From IMG/VR virus record IMGVR_UViG_3300037313_001148, positions 1 to 64,000 of that record: a stretch of 64,000 nucleotides of DNA; one strand, 5' to 3'. Within the stretch, counting starts at the first letter, position 1, and the number at the start of each line of letters is the position of its first letter. A program made the position numbers and the translations under genes. The notes under the pieces are model-generated. The model did not search any database. It was not told the origin of the DNA and was given only the letters and a program-made list of their open reading frames with translations. Origin of the DNA: a virus (lineage: Duplodnaviria; Caudoviricetes). Below, piece after piece: positions 46,153 through 56,886 of this stretch.

Positions 46153-47655
46153 ATGGCAACGGACACACTTCCCGCCTCTCGCGTCACACCGCCGCGCCTC
46201 GAAGATCCACGTCATTACGTGCGGGTTCCGCGCGTGCCGATCCTCGACCGCCATCTCCGTCAAATCACTAATCCGGAGACTGGAGAAACTCGGGTCACGG
46301 CTGTCGATAAAGACCAATTGCAAGTTATCTGCAATAATTCAAATAATCGTGCCAATCGAGGCGATCTCGCCCTGATTACGATCGGGCACACCGACCGCAG
46401 AAAGCCCGAGCACGAACAACCACCATTGGTCGGCTATCTCAAGGATTTCATTGTCGGCCAGCACAACGGCGAGCCGACAATTCTTGCCGATCTCTACATT
46501 AAAGCAGAAGAGAATCAGAGAGAAGTTCTGGCCAACTTCCCTCGCCGTTCGGTCGAAGTCTGGAATAAGACGCTTCCAAATGCATATATCGATATTCTTG
46601 CACTTCTTCGACGCGCGCCCGAACGTGACCTTGGACTGGTCACTCATCACTCGAAGCCATATGATCTAGAATACTTTGAGTGTTCATGTGATAAACAGGA
46701 GAAAACCACGATGCCGTTGCCTCCCTCGCCTGATTCCGACGTTGATCCGACCGAAGGGAAGCCGGCCTCTCCTTCCGATCCTGATCCGAATCCGGATCCG
46801 GCCAACCCGCCGCAAGACAACCCGGCAGAGCCTAACGAATCGGAGCCGAGCGAAGAGGCTGTGACTCGGTTTGCGGACGCCATCGCCGATCGGATGGTGG
46901 GCCGACTAATCGAACATGATGATTTCCATCAAAAGATTGCCCAGGCGGCTGCCAAGTTTCACGCCAGCAATCAAGAAATGATTGATGCGATCATCATGCG
47001 AATTTCTGAACTCCTAGAAACGGCGTCCGAGCAGTCCGAAGGATCGCCGCCGAAAAACGAACCGGAAAAACTAGAAGGCGGAACGCCGATGGCTTCGCCT
47101 CCTTCTGGAACGAATACTTATGTCCCTTCGTCTGGAAATGAAGAGGTTGAAAAAATGAGCAAGGAAACAGACAATCAGATTGCTGTTCTGACCAAGCAGG
47201 TTGAGGATCAGCAGAAGCTAATCAATCAACTCCTTGATGCAAATAAGGCCCAGCAAGAGCAGTTCTCGAAGAATTCTCGTCGGATCCGGCTCGAGGGGAT
47301 TCGTCGAAGCGGTGTCGATGTGGATGTGGACGGCCAGCTTGAGCTTATGGAAAAGCTCGATGACTCCACCTTTGAGGCGTTCGCGAAGAACATCGAAACC
47401 AATTTCCCGAAGATCCCTGTCAACAACGCTCGCCTTGAGACGGCGTATTTCTCCATGATTCCGGAGAATCCGGCGGCAGAAACATTGGACAGCGAACTGA
47501 CCAAGCAGGAGTTCCTTGACGGTGCGGTGGAGAAGTTCCGCAAGGAAAACAATATCCCTATCGCCAATTCGACTGACGGTGGAACGGAACTCCTGAATCA
47601 GTATTTCGAGAAGGCCGACCGGAGCAAGTACGGCGTCAAGAAGAAGACCGCCTAA
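46153..47655 (+). CDS. prohead protease/scaffold (Mu gpI-like)
   Basis: ITIGHT..PLVG..FPRRSVE..ALL..PER N-terminal domain; acidic Pro-rich linker; coiled-coil C-terminus; position before capsid genes. Confidence 0.75.
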   Translation: MATDTLPASRVTPPRLEDPRHYVRVPRVPILDRHLRQITNPETGETRVTAVDKDQLQVICNNSNNRANRGDLALITIGHTDRRKPEHEQPPLVGYLKDFIVGQHNGEPTILADLYIKAEENQREVLANFPRRSVEVWNKTLPNAYIDILALLRRAPERDLGLVTHHSKPYDLEYFECSCDKQEKTTMPLPPSPDSDVDPTEGKPASPSDPDPNPDPANPPQDNPAEPNESEPSEEAVTRFADAIADRMVGRLIEHDDFHQKIAQAAAKFHASNQEMIDAIIMRISELLETASEQSEGSPPKNEPEKLEGGTPMASPPSGTNTYVPSSGNEEVEKMSKETDNQIAVLTKQVEDQQKLINQLLDANKAQQEQFSKNSRRIRLEGIRRSGVDVDVDGQLELMEKLDDSTFEAFAKNIETNFPKIPVNNARLETAYFSMIPENPAAETLDSELTKQEFLDGAVEKFRKENNIPIANSTDGGTELLNQYFEKADRSKYGVKKKTA

Positions 47656-47696
47656 AATTATCAACCTATAAACATTCTTAAAACAGGAGAAGATAA

Positions 47697-48119
47697 GTGA
47701 ATTTTCTAAATGGCCTTAAGCTCGTTGCGACAACAACTATTTATCCGTCCACGTTCTGCACGATCGATTCCGCGTCCAACTTTGGCGTGAAGCCGGCGAC
47801 CCTTGCCACGGATTTCCCGATCGCCGTGAGCCAGCCGGGTACAGCGCAGTTCCCTGGTGCGGCCAATGCGATCGACGGAAGCACGAGCGCTCAACCGGCT
47901 GCACAGTCAGGCCAAGAGCTTGGTCTGTTCGGCGTGGGAGACATTTGTGACATCACGGTCGGGTCGGCTGCCGTGACCGCCGGGCAACGGCTCACGAACG
48001 ACGGCAACGCCAATGCGATCCCAGCCACTTCGGGTAAGTATTACGGCGCGATCGCGCTTCAGTCGGGTGCTGTCGGCGAGTTGATTCAAGTTCTCGTGAT
48101 CTACAATTACAACACCTAA
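47697..48119 (+). CDS. capsid cement/decoration protein (DUF2190-like)
   Basis: Gly/Ala-rich, V.AG..L.ND.N..AI..G.Y.GAIAL..GAVGELI.V. Confidence 0.75.
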   Translation: MNFLNGLKLVATTTIYPSTFCTIDSASNFGVKPATLATDFPIAVSQPGTAQFPGAANAIDGSTSAQPAAQSGQELGLFGVGDICDITVGSAAVTAGQRLTNDGNANAIPATSGKYYGAIALQSGAVGELIQVLVIYNYNT

Positions 48120-48169
48120 TTTTTCCACCTATCGGCGGATAACTACCGCCCATGTAGGAGTATATTAGA

Positions 48170-49243
48170 ATGGCTTATCAGCCTTACGCGGGTTATCCGT
48201 CTGGAACTAACACATATGTTCCTAATTTTGCCGCTTCTCAATCGCTAGTTGTCGGCTATAGTCGCCAGCCGAACACATTTCAGCTTCCTCGCTATACTCA
48301 ATATGTGATGGCGAAGAACAATACCGGATGGTATTTCGTCTGGACTTCGCGTCAAGCCGCGAGAATCCTTACGTCGGACGACCGAGAGCATGTCTGGTCT
48401 GACGGGGACGCCGCGCCGACCGGGATCAACAACGTGGATTCCGGACAGTGGTATTTGTTCGGAACCACACGGCGAGCTTATCCGTTTATGCTTGGCCAGA
48501 TGGCTGTTGAGCAGGCGGAATACCCCCTGATCGCGGCCGTCGCGGGTGATGCGGCTCAACAGTGCATGACCGCGCGAACGTTGCTCACCTACAATGCTCT
48601 TTCAGGCGCGTCGTGGGGGAGTAATACTGCCGCCGTCAACGGCACGATCCTTGGCGCCGGCCAGGGCTGGAACACGGGACAGGACGGCCTCGGAACCAAT
48701 CCCGGACCCAATATCAAGAAATCATTCCAGTATGCCGATAAGATTATCAATCTTCAGACTATCGGCGTTGTTCAGCCTCGCGACACAACTGTCGTGGTTA
48801 ATCCCACCACGGCTATGGCGATGGCGGCGTCCGGGGAAATCCAGGATTATATCAAGCAGTCTCCATTTGCTCTTGCCCAGCTTCGGGGTGACGTGCCGAA
48901 CCAGAACGGCAGATGGAACCTGCCGGATACACTCTACGGCCACCCGATCGCCGTTGAAGACGCGGTGCGAGTATCAACGAACAAGGGTGCGTCCTCCACG
49001 ACGATTGGATACGTCGTTCCTGACGGCGAAGCCTACATGCTGGCCCGCCAAGGCGAGCTTGAAGGTCTCCAGGGAACTCGGTCGTATTCAACTGTTCAAA
49101 TCTTCTTCTATCAAGATGAAATGACAGTTGAAACGATGTACGACGCGAACAATCGTCGGTATTCGGGCCGGGTCGTTTCCAACTTCTCGCCGGTCGTTGT
49201 CTCGACGATTAGCGGGTTCAAGTTCACGAGTTGCCTGGTCTGA
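48170..49243 (+). CDS. major capsid protein
   Basis: 357 aa after scaffold and cement genes, aggag RBS. Confidence 0.8.
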   Translation: MAYQPYAGYPSGTNTYVPNFAASQSLVVGYSRQPNTFQLPRYTQYVMAKNNTGWYFVWTSRQAARILTSDDREHVWSDGDAAPTGINNVDSGQWYLFGTTRRAYPFMLGQMAVEQAEYPLIAAVAGDAAQQCMTARTLLTYNALSGASWGSNTAAVNGTILGAGQGWNTGQDGLGTNPGPNIKKSFQYADKIINLQTIGVVQPRDTTVVVNPTTAMAMAASGEIQDYIKQSPFALAQLRGDVPNQNGRWNLPDTLYGHPIAVEDAVRVSTNKGASSTTIGYVVPDGEAYMLARQGELEGLQGTRSYSTVQIFFYQDEMTVETMYDANNRRYSGRVVSNFSPVVVSTISGFKFTSCLV

Positions 49244-49273
49244 TAGCGGGTTCGCCGTCGTTCCGTTCGCCGC

Positions 49274-49323
49274 CGACACTCCTCCTTCTCCGTAGTCCAT
49301 CGTGGCCGGCGCAAGCCGGCCAC
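49274..49323 (+). repeat. dispersed motif+hairpin element, copy 8 (intergenic)
   Basis: cgacactcctccttctccgtagtcc + gtggccggc-GCAA-gccggccac. Confidence 0.88.
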
Positions 49324-49345
49324 CTGTTTATGAAGGGCTAGACAT

Positions 49346-49888
49346 ATGACACAGACTCCAAATTCAAGTCTGACTCCATATGTCACGGTCAATGATGTCA
49401 TTGACCGAAAGGACGTTCGTACTCTCGGGCAACTAGCAACGGACAACGGAACCCAGCTTACCTCTGCCCAACTTCAAACCAATCCTCGGATGCTGGCGGC
49501 GATCAATGATGCTTCTGGATATGTAGAATCATATCTGGTCGCATCAGAGCGATACCTTCCTGATGATCTCCAGGCGATCATCTCTCAAGGTGGAATGTCT
49601 GGCGATTTCCTCAAACGGATCATTTCAAATATTGCTTTCTATTTCATGTTTGGTGGGCGTGACGCTCCGAATCCGCCTGAGACAGTGACTACCGACTATA
49701 ACATGGCGATGAAGGATCTGGAGTCGCTTGGAAACGGCTCTTTGGTCCTGTCCTTTCAGCAGGCAGAAGCGGCCGGAGTTGCGTCAAACTTCAACATGAC
49801 TCAATCTCAGATTCTCGCGCTGAATCAGTTCACCGACCGATGCCAGCGCGTGATGGGAATCCGCAATTATCTGAGACGAGGATTTTGA
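49346..49888 (+). CDS. head-tail adaptor (Mu gp36 / DUF1320-like)
   Basis: YVTVND..AAINDASGYVESYL..RY.L..NIA.Y..Y..AMKDL. Confidence 0.75.
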   Translation: MTQTPNSSLTPYVTVNDVIDRKDVRTLGQLATDNGTQLTSAQLQTNPRMLAAINDASGYVESYLVASERYLPDDLQAIISQGGMSGDFLKRIISNIAFYFMFGGRDAPNPPETVTTDYNMAMKDLESLGNGSLVLSFQQAEAAGVASNFNMTQSQILALNQFTDRCQRVMGIRNYLRRGF

Positions 49889-50547
49889 ATAAACTCATTG
49901 AATGGAGTAGAATGTTCTCCAAACAGTTCTTTTGCTTTTTCATTATAAGCTTTTGCTGCATCTTCTTCATTGCCAAATGAACCAATATGAATTCTTTTGT
50001 CTTTGTATTTTATAGCAGCTACCCATTTCCTTTGTCTTTTATGAAAGCAAACGCCAATATATTTGCTAGTTTTCTTGATATGTTTTCTTCTGTATGTATT
50101 ATTTTGTCTTGTAGTGCAAATTTCAAGATTGGCGAGAGTGTTGTCAAGAGTGTCAAAGTTTTTATGATTAACAACTTCTCCGGATTTTGCGTTGACAATT
50201 ACTCTGCTCATATTTATACTTGTATTTTTATAGTGCCTATGAGCGTAGTAGCTCCTGGTTCCTTTGGACCACCTGGCGCTCCAACATTTATCTCGAAGCT
50301 CAGGAATAGCATCCCAAGATTCTCGGCTGACTTTCGCCCATTGGCCAAGAGACAGAGGAATCAGAACGGTATCACCTTCAAAGATAGGGTCGGTAGGAGT
50401 TCCAGATTTCAGCCTTTTTCTCCTTCCTTTATCCGAGCATGAACGAGAACAAAAAACGACCCCTCCGTTTTTTTTGAATTCGTACATGGACAGATTGGAA
50501 CGATTCTTAATTTCTTCTTTACAGAAATTACAGAAGAAAACGCTCAT
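49867..50547 (-). mobile_element. HNH-AP2 homing endonuclease gene
   Basis: VNHKNFDTLDN..NLE.CT..N HNH motif; KYIGV..KW.A.I..IHIGSF..EDAAKAY AP2 domain; AT-rich, antisense to the operon. Confidence 0.88.
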
Positions 50548-50655
50548 TGACGCAGTGTCCTGTTTTCGAGGAAACGACTAAACCAAGACCAAGTTTACCT
50601 TGTACTGAGAAAATTTTCAATAGCCCTGAAGCTTTAATGAAAGGATGGACATAAA

Positions 50656-51216
50656 ATGTCACAAGGATATGTTCCTGGACCCTGCGCAATCTTTACGGGA
50701 ACAGGAACTTCGGCAGCCTGGGAATTCCTGGGATGGTCCGAGGACGGTGTTCAACTTCAGATCATTGCCACATACGAAGATATTGTCAGTGATTTTGGTG
50801 GTCCTAGCGTACCTGTTGACGCTCAGTTCATGGGCGAGCAAGCTTACGCTTCGATGACTCTCAACAAGTACAATCAAACAGTTCTTGATAAGATCGCTAA
50901 ACGTCGTGTCGGCGCGGGGGTCACGGCTGGAGCAGTCGAAGCGAACGGCCTCGGATCACTAATGATCGCACAGGGATATTATTTCCCTATGCTATATCTG
51001 AATCCGTACCGTGCCCTCACATTCCAAAACACGACAGTCACCCCCTGTTATCAGTTTGGCGTGTCGTGGCTCCATGACGACTATACGGTGCCTCAGAGCG
51101 TTCGCTTGAAGAGGCCCCGTATCGTGATCCGCCACATTCCTCTCTGGAATTCCATCAACCTGACCGCCACGCTCTACTCTAACACCGTTCCTTCTCCTGT
51201 TCCCAGTACGGACTAA
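50656..51216 (+). CDS. tail tube protein
   Basis: 186 aa, FLGWSEDGV; position before chaperone and tape measure genes. Confidence 0.65.
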   Translation: MSQGYVPGPCAIFTGTGTSAAWEFLGWSEDGVQLQIIATYEDIVSDFGGPSVPVDAQFMGEQAYASMTLNKYNQTVLDKIAKRRVGAGVTAGAVEANGLGSLMIAQGYYFPMLYLNPYRALTFQNTTVTPCYQFGVSWLHDDYTVPQSVRLKRPRIVIRHIPLWNSINLTATLYSNTVPSPVPSTD

Positions 51217-51217
51217 C

Positions 51218-51733
51218 ATGAGCACGCGAAAGATTTTTAAGTATTTCAATGGCGAAAAAGAAGTTTTCGCCGATCCGATGGTGATTGAACGACGATTCCA
51301 GAAGGCGTGCGAATCTGTTGATATCAACACCATTATCGGTATGGTTGCTGGCCCCGAATGGCTTGGACAGATTGCCAGGACAGACGAAGAAGGCAAGTCC
51401 TACGATTCGGCTGGAAACTTCCTCCCGGAAGTGACTGCTGCCAGCGTCAAGATTGCCATCGATCGCCAGAACGAGGGGATTGAAGAACTCCTCCCTGTCC
51501 TTTACGAAACGTTCGGACTCAAACCTCTCCAGGGAGACGGCACCGGAACTACAACCGAAGAGATCTTGGACGCATACTCATCTTACAATGAGTTCGTTGC
51601 TTCGTTAAAAAAAAATACCGAGAACGAGCCGAGCTTGCCGCCATCTTCGGGCACCGGCCCCGCTCCTACCGAGAATGGCTCGGCTTCTGGTACAATCGAG
51701 AGCGCGCCGTTGCCGTCAATGCCGTCAGTGTGA
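51218..51733 (+). CDS. tail assembly chaperone (gpG-like)
   Basis: position; contains the A9 slippery run. Confidence 0.7.
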   Translation: MSTRKIFKYFNGEKEVFADPMVIERRFQKACESVDINTIIGMVAGPEWLGQIARTDEEGKSYDSAGNFLPEVTAASVKIAIDRQNEGIEELLPVLYETFGLKPLQGDGTGTTTEEILDAYSSYNEFVASLKKNTENEPSLPPSSGTGPAPTENGSASGTIESAPLPSMPSV

Positions 51734-51888
51734 TGAAAGGCATCCAAGCGGCCTTCGTCAAACCAGACAAGGCAATGTTCGACGCGATGGCTCCGAACAA
51801 GGAATGGGCGCAAGTTCTCGAGCAGGCTCACGACGTAGCCGCCGCCGAACAGGAGTCGATTGCGACCGGACATGGTAAACGGTACTAA
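51607..51888 (+). CDS. -1 frameshift extension (gpGT-like)
   Basis: A AAA AAA at 51607-51613; the -1 frame is open to TAA 51888 (YRERAELAAIFG..GHGKRY). Confidence 0.75.
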   Translation, partial: KKKYRERAELAAIFGHRPRSYREWLGFWYNRERAVAVNAVSVMKGIQAAFVKPDKAMFDAMAPNKEWAQVLEQAHDVAAAEQESIATGHGKRY

Positions 51889-53662
51889 CCAGAACGAAAA
51901 CGCGCTCCTCCAGGCCATCGAGCGACTTCGCCAGTCGATCGCTGGCCTGGCGGGCAATTTCCTTGGCGGAATTGGGGGAACCCAGTCTCAGTCTGGTACT
52001 CAGCAATTCTCTGTAACCCAGACAATCACTAAAGCATTCTCTGATGCATTAAAAAAAGCATTTTCTCAACTCTCATCTCAAAACCAAAATCAGCAACAAA
52101 CATATCAAAACAACAACTACTCTCCAGGATTTTTCAGCCGGCTTTTTGGGAAGAATTCCGGCAGCCCATCCGGAACCCCCTTTGCTCCTGGACAGAATTC
52201 CAATCAGTCAACTCTCCCGTCTCTGAGATCCCAGGCAGGGTCAATCACGGGAAATATTTTCGGAAAACTATCCTCACATATCATTGAGTCTCTTCCTGCC
52301 TTCGGAAAGCTCCGCAACGAAGTCTTATCTACCACGGAGTTTTTCCGCAAATTCCGTCAATCCAAGGCAACAGCGGCTCAACTTGCAACAACGTCGCCAC
52401 TTGGAGAAGTCGGCCTCCAGAAACTCCGCGAGTTCGCCAAGAATCCCTTTCTTCGGCCATCTCAGCGTCATCAGATTGAGACTCAGGTTGATCTCGCCAC
52501 CTTTCAGGCTCGTCAGGCAGCCAAGCTCCAAAAAATTGCCGTGCGTGCCCAGGCCGACACGGCTCAGGCCGGCGAAGAATACCGCGAATCTCTTACCGCA
52601 GAATCAACAGCTTCAAATATTCTGAAAAGAAGGCAGGTTCAACAGGCCCGCGCATTCAGGGCCAGAGATTCTATTTATCAACAGTATCGCCATATGTTAA
52701 ATCAGCATATGGGATATACGGCCGGAACCTCCCCTTACGGTCCTCATCTTGCGGCTCTCAGGGCGCGTCACAGGCAAGCCAGTCGGGTAGCCAATCGGAC
52801 GGCAACGCAGTACCGGAAGGCAGCTCAAACATTCCGTGCGGCTCAAGCGAACGTTGCGACCAGATACCAGAACTTTCGATCCGTTGCGAATCGCGGAGCA
52901 GCCGCGAAGGTTGCGGCTCGAGGGGCAGCCCAGGCCGCACGCAGCACAGCACAAACTGCCCAGTCCACCGCCGCAGCAGCAGCCGGATCGGTTGCCGTGC
53001 GTGCCCTTGGTGCCGCCGCCGGATCGGCTGTTGCTGGTCTCTCACTGATGGTTTCTTCTATTTCGGCTGCCCGGTCTTCTCTCCTGTCTTTCGCGGAATC
53101 GACCAACGAAAATAATCGAGAATTCCAGGCATATTCAGGTAAACTTTCTCAGGCATTTGCACGTCTTGAATTTGGTAACATTCGTCGGAACTTCGCTATT
53201 GCCGGTGGGACAGAAAATACGTCAACCGCCCTGGTTGATGCAATTAATCGAATGAGAGATAATCAAGTTGAATTAAATATAAGTATCAGGAATATTGCTA
53301 ATACATCTGCAATTTTAACAGCAGGCGCTGTCGGAGGATTCGATAAGTCTCTCGGGAAGCTGACAAGTCAGATTAACCGGATCATTCAAGGCTCTGGGAT
53401 TGGCGGCGCAGGTGGCGTGATCGAATCGCTTACCGAAAAATTTACTGACCAATTATTGTTACCACTTCAGGCTCTCGTTGACTTGGTTGCCTGGTTCTTT
53501 CCGGCAGTCAAAGGCGATCCCGGAAAGATGCTTCCTGCTGATGCCCTTGCAAACCAATGGGCCAAAAATGCGGCTGACCGTGGCGCCGGGATTCGTGATC
53601 CTCGCGGCCCTCTGCCTGGTTTTGGAGAGATCGGAAAGGGACCGCGAAGGCACGGACCTTGA
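51872..53662 (+). CDS. tape measure protein
   Basis: ~597 aa Ala/Gln-rich helical protein after the chaperone. Confidence 0.75.
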   Translation: MVNGTNQNENALLQAIERLRQSIAGLAGNFLGGIGGTQSQSGTQQFSVTQTITKAFSDALKKAFSQLSSQNQNQQQTYQNNNYSPGFFSRLFGKNSGSPSGTPFAPGQNSNQSTLPSLRSQAGSITGNIFGKLSSHIIESLPAFGKLRNEVLSTTEFFRKFRQSKATAAQLATTSPLGEVGLQKLREFAKNPFLRPSQRHQIETQVDLATFQARQAAKLQKIAVRAQADTAQAGEEYRESLTAESTASNILKRRQVQQARAFRARDSIYQQYRHMLNQHMGYTAGTSPYGPHLAALRARHRQASRVANRTATQYRKAAQTFRAAQANVATRYQNFRSVANRGAAAKVAARGAAQAARSTAQTAQSTAAAAAGSVAVRALGAAAGSAVAGLSLMVSSISAARSSLLSFAESTNENNREFQAYSGKLSQAFARLEFGNIRRNFAIAGGTENTSTALVDAINRMRDNQVELNISIRNIANTSAILTAGAVGGFDKSLGKLTSQINRIIQGSGIGGAGGVIESLTEKFTDQLLLPLQALVDLVAWFFPAVKGDPGKMLPADALANQWAKNAADRGAGIRDPRGPLPGFGEIGKGPRRHGP

Positions 53663-53689
53663 TCGAAATATTTGTTTTGGGATAACCAT

Positions 53690-55462
53690 ATGAGAGGCGC
53701 ATATTTAATCTATAACGGAATCAAGATCGCTCTTACCAAGACCAATCAAATTTCCGTTGAGCCTCAGTACACTCCTGACGGCGTGGATTATCTGTGGTCT
53801 AAGGTAACAATTAATGTAGATGGGATTATTAATCCTTTAGAGATGGCTTATGCCGGTTCCCCTCCCGTAGAATCTCCGGGATCGTTGCCGTCTACTACAT
53901 TTGTTGCTGTTCGCGGCTCTCTTATGGCACCCAAAGGGAATCTTACGTTTGATTCATGGAATCAAAATGTACTTACTTCTCCTTTACCAAACACTCCTGT
54001 AGATGCAAATAACGGTCCAGTTCCCCAGTCTTGCACGATCACTCGTCTCGCCGGAGATCAGACCTGGCATGTCAATTACGTAATCACTACTTATATTTAT
54101 GAATGTTTAGAATCGGCTCCGGTCCTGATTTCTAACCGATTTTCTCAGTCTCAGGATATCGATTGGCAACAGAAAACCGTGCTTACAACAACCGGAGTTG
54201 CTTACTTCCGGATCGATCTTCTCGCCCAACAAAAAGCCGTTGCTGATTCGTTTCGGGATTCAGTGCTTCCTCCTGTCCCTTTTGGATATCACAGAAAACG
54301 TGTTCGGGTCGGTGTCAATACTGAAGGAAATGCGCTTCAATATGAAGCTATAGACGAAGAAGTTCTCCTTAATCTAGGCGACACCAGCGAAACAGGCTCG
54401 GGAAGCTATATCGTAAAAATTGATGGAACATTCAATGTATCAACCGTAAAGGCTCCAAAATCTGATTTTCCAGGGGGATGGACCGCCCAAACAATGAACG
54501 TCAAGCTCTGGGGTTCCCTTCGTGCCTCGAATTGGGTTCTTACTCAGCTTGCCTTCCAAGTTCTTCAGTCCAAGCTCACTTTCGGTAATCCAAATGTTGC
54601 AAATATTATGCATATGAGCATTACTCAGGGAATCGCCGATCGATATGTTGATGTGACCGTCGTTCAACGAGTCTACCAAACCAACGGCACTGACGAGATG
54701 GGAACCATCAACACAAACGGACTTAAACAAGATAATATTCTTGGATCAGATTTTGGCGGAAGAAATCCAGGCCCTCCGCGAGATCAGGGAACACGGGGAT
54801 ATAACGCCCTTCTCCTTCTTTCATCATCTATCAAGTCGTCAATCTGTGACAACTTTCCTGATCCCGGTTGCGTTAAGGAGGGTGGAGCAGTCTACCCTGT
54901 TCCTTATTGCGGTCCCCCGCCTGTCGTTCAAGTTTTCCCGGCGAACATTCTTCCTTCGTCATCCAACCGATATTCAAGCAAAAGCAACGAAGGAATGTAC
55001 ACTCAGGTTAAAATTGACTCATACATCGAAACTCACCACGGAAACTATCAAGCCCCTCTAGCGGACCAGGGCGATTCCAACGAAACATGCTCAATCGTAT
55101 CACTTCATCAGCCCTACACTCGCCGTGTGGTCGAATGGGAAGCGGAACGAATCGGCAGTGTTCCCAAGATCCCCTCATTTGTTTCCAGCGATCCAAATCA
55201 AGTGTTGATGGAATCATTAATCAATCCTGCCGAACTTCTCATCATCGAAGATGGTCAAACGCCCACATTTAAAGTTACGGGAAGATATCTGTATGCAATG
55301 AGAACTGCAATGCCTGACCTTGAACAGATTGCCTTTGACGTTCCTCAATGGATTAATTATCCTTATGGGGGCACCGGAGCGACCCTGACGCTCCCCTCAT
55401 CTGGTAGCAGTGACGGCGGCAGCTTTACCCACGGAATCATCGATCCGGGGAATCAAAGTTAA
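53690..55462 (+). CDS. minor tail protein
   Basis: ~590 aa beta-rich protein after the TMP. Confidence 0.65.
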   Translation: MRGAYLIYNGIKIALTKTNQISVEPQYTPDGVDYLWSKVTINVDGIINPLEMAYAGSPPVESPGSLPSTTFVAVRGSLMAPKGNLTFDSWNQNVLTSPLPNTPVDANNGPVPQSCTITRLAGDQTWHVNYVITTYIYECLESAPVLISNRFSQSQDIDWQQKTVLTTTGVAYFRIDLLAQQKAVADSFRDSVLPPVPFGYHRKRVRVGVNTEGNALQYEAIDEEVLLNLGDTSETGSGSYIVKIDGTFNVSTVKAPKSDFPGGWTAQTMNVKLWGSLRASNWVLTQLAFQVLQSKLTFGNPNVANIMHMSITQGIADRYVDVTVVQRVYQTNGTDEMGTINTNGLKQDNILGSDFGGRNPGPPRDQGTRGYNALLLLSSSIKSSICDNFPDPGCVKEGGAVYPVPYCGPPPVVQVFPANILPSSSNRYSSKSNEGMYTQVKIDSYIETHHGNYQAPLADQGDSNETCSIVSLHQPYTRRVVEWEAERIGSVPKIPSFVSSDPNQVLMESLINPAELLIIEDGQTPTFKVTGRYLYAMRTAMPDLEQIAFDVPQWINYPYGGTGATLTLPSSGSSDGGSFTHGIIDPGNQS

Positions 55463-55465
55463 ATT

Positions 55466-56851
55466 ATGAGCATTCCATTAACCGGCACCGAAGGCTTGTT
55501 CACCCGCCTCGGTAAGATCTTCGGGCTTACAAACCTGCTCAACACGCAACGGGGAACCGACGTTCCTCCGCACGTTGATTCTATCAATGCTCAGTACGAA
55601 AATACCGATCAAAATTTAGTTACTAATCTTTACAGTAATCTTCTTTCATATCAAAATTCAAACGGTGGATTCCCGTCCAATCTTCAGCAGCTTGCCCAGG
55701 GCACAATTACTCAGATGGCGAATGACGCCATCCCGCAAACCTCCCTATCTTCTCTTCAAGTATGCATGAATGCGGTTATCAATCAGATGCTTACATCTGG
55801 TTCGACCGTCCAGGCATGCACTGTCTCCGGGTCCGTGGCTGCCGGGGCCAGCAACTCCGGCAATGCCGTTGTTGCCGTGAGTCTCTGGAACGGACTGGGA
55901 TATATCCAGGAGAATTCCTTCGCCGAACTGATCCGGGGAACGGTCACAAATGATGCTCAGTCAGGCTCGGCGACCGCCGGTCGCGAGCAAATCACGTTTC
56001 TTGGCCAGTATCCCGTCAGTGATCCTCTTTCGTGGTTGTACCCAGTTGGCTCCGGTGCGTCTCAGTCTGTAACCTGCATCGACGCGACTCAAAGCCAGGG
56101 AAGGGGGATTCAAAATAATCTCAACAACAGTAATTTTGAATCTTGGACATCGACCAATATTCCGTCGTCCTGGAATATCCTTGTCGGTACAGCCGGATCC
56201 ACGGTTTTCCAGTCGTCCGGACAAGTCTACGATGGAACGTGGTCTCTGGAATACGCGGGAGACGGATCTGAACTCACATCTTTATATCAGCAATTTGCAA
56301 CCAAAACGGCCTCTGGCGACACGTCCGCGATCATCGCCCCTCTGACCCAATATGCCATTAACGCATTCGTTTCTGTAAACTCAGCTCCGTCTCAAGGTGT
56401 CATTGAATTTTCACTTACTGATAACAGCAACGCCATCATCAACAGTGAAACCGGAGTTCCAAACCTTGTTTCGGCAGACCTAACTTCCCTTTCTTCGGCG
56501 TTTGTTCCGGTTACAGGGTTCTTTCAGACGCCGCGTGTCCTGCCGACCGCCATTCGTCTTCGGGTTCGCCTTTCGACCGCTTTACAGGCCGGTCACAACG
56601 TTTTCATCGATCATCTGGCGATGGCGCAGCCGGCCATTTTCTATCCCGGTGGACCGTCGATTGCCGCGTTCTCGGCCTCCAAAAATCTTATTAACGGCGA
56701 TACATATAATATCACAATCAGCAACAACTATTCCGGTCAATTCCAAAGACTCTTTGATAGATTCTTTAACATGAAGAGCCTATCTCAGTCTTACGGACTT
56801 TTGCTCCCCTCGAGCCAGTCTCCAACAATCCCTGATTCATTGATCTCTTAA
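55466..56851 (+). CDS. tail protein with a carbohydrate-binding-like domain
   Basis: LNNSNFESW..P.SW..YDGTWS CBM-like motif. Confidence 0.65.
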   Translation: MSIPLTGTEGLFTRLGKIFGLTNLLNTQRGTDVPPHVDSINAQYENTDQNLVTNLYSNLLSYQNSNGGFPSNLQQLAQGTITQMANDAIPQTSLSSLQVCMNAVINQMLTSGSTVQACTVSGSVAAGASNSGNAVVAVSLWNGLGYIQENSFAELIRGTVTNDAQSGSATAGREQITFLGQYPVSDPLSWLYPVGSGASQSVTCIDATQSQGRGIQNNLNNSNFESWTSTNIPSSWNILVGTAGSTVFQSSGQVYDGTWSLEYAGDGSELTSLYQQFATKTASGDTSAIIAPLTQYAINAFVSVNSAPSQGVIEFSLTDNSNAIINSETGVPNLVSADLTSLSSAFVPVTGFFQTPRVLPTAIRLRVRLSTALQAGHNVFIDHLAMAQPAIFYPGGPSIAAFSASKNLINGDTYNITISNNYSGQFQRLFDRFFNMKSLSQSYGLLLPSSQSPTIPDSLIS

Positions 56852-56886
56852 TATATTAAAAAATAAAGAAATTATCGGGGATTACG

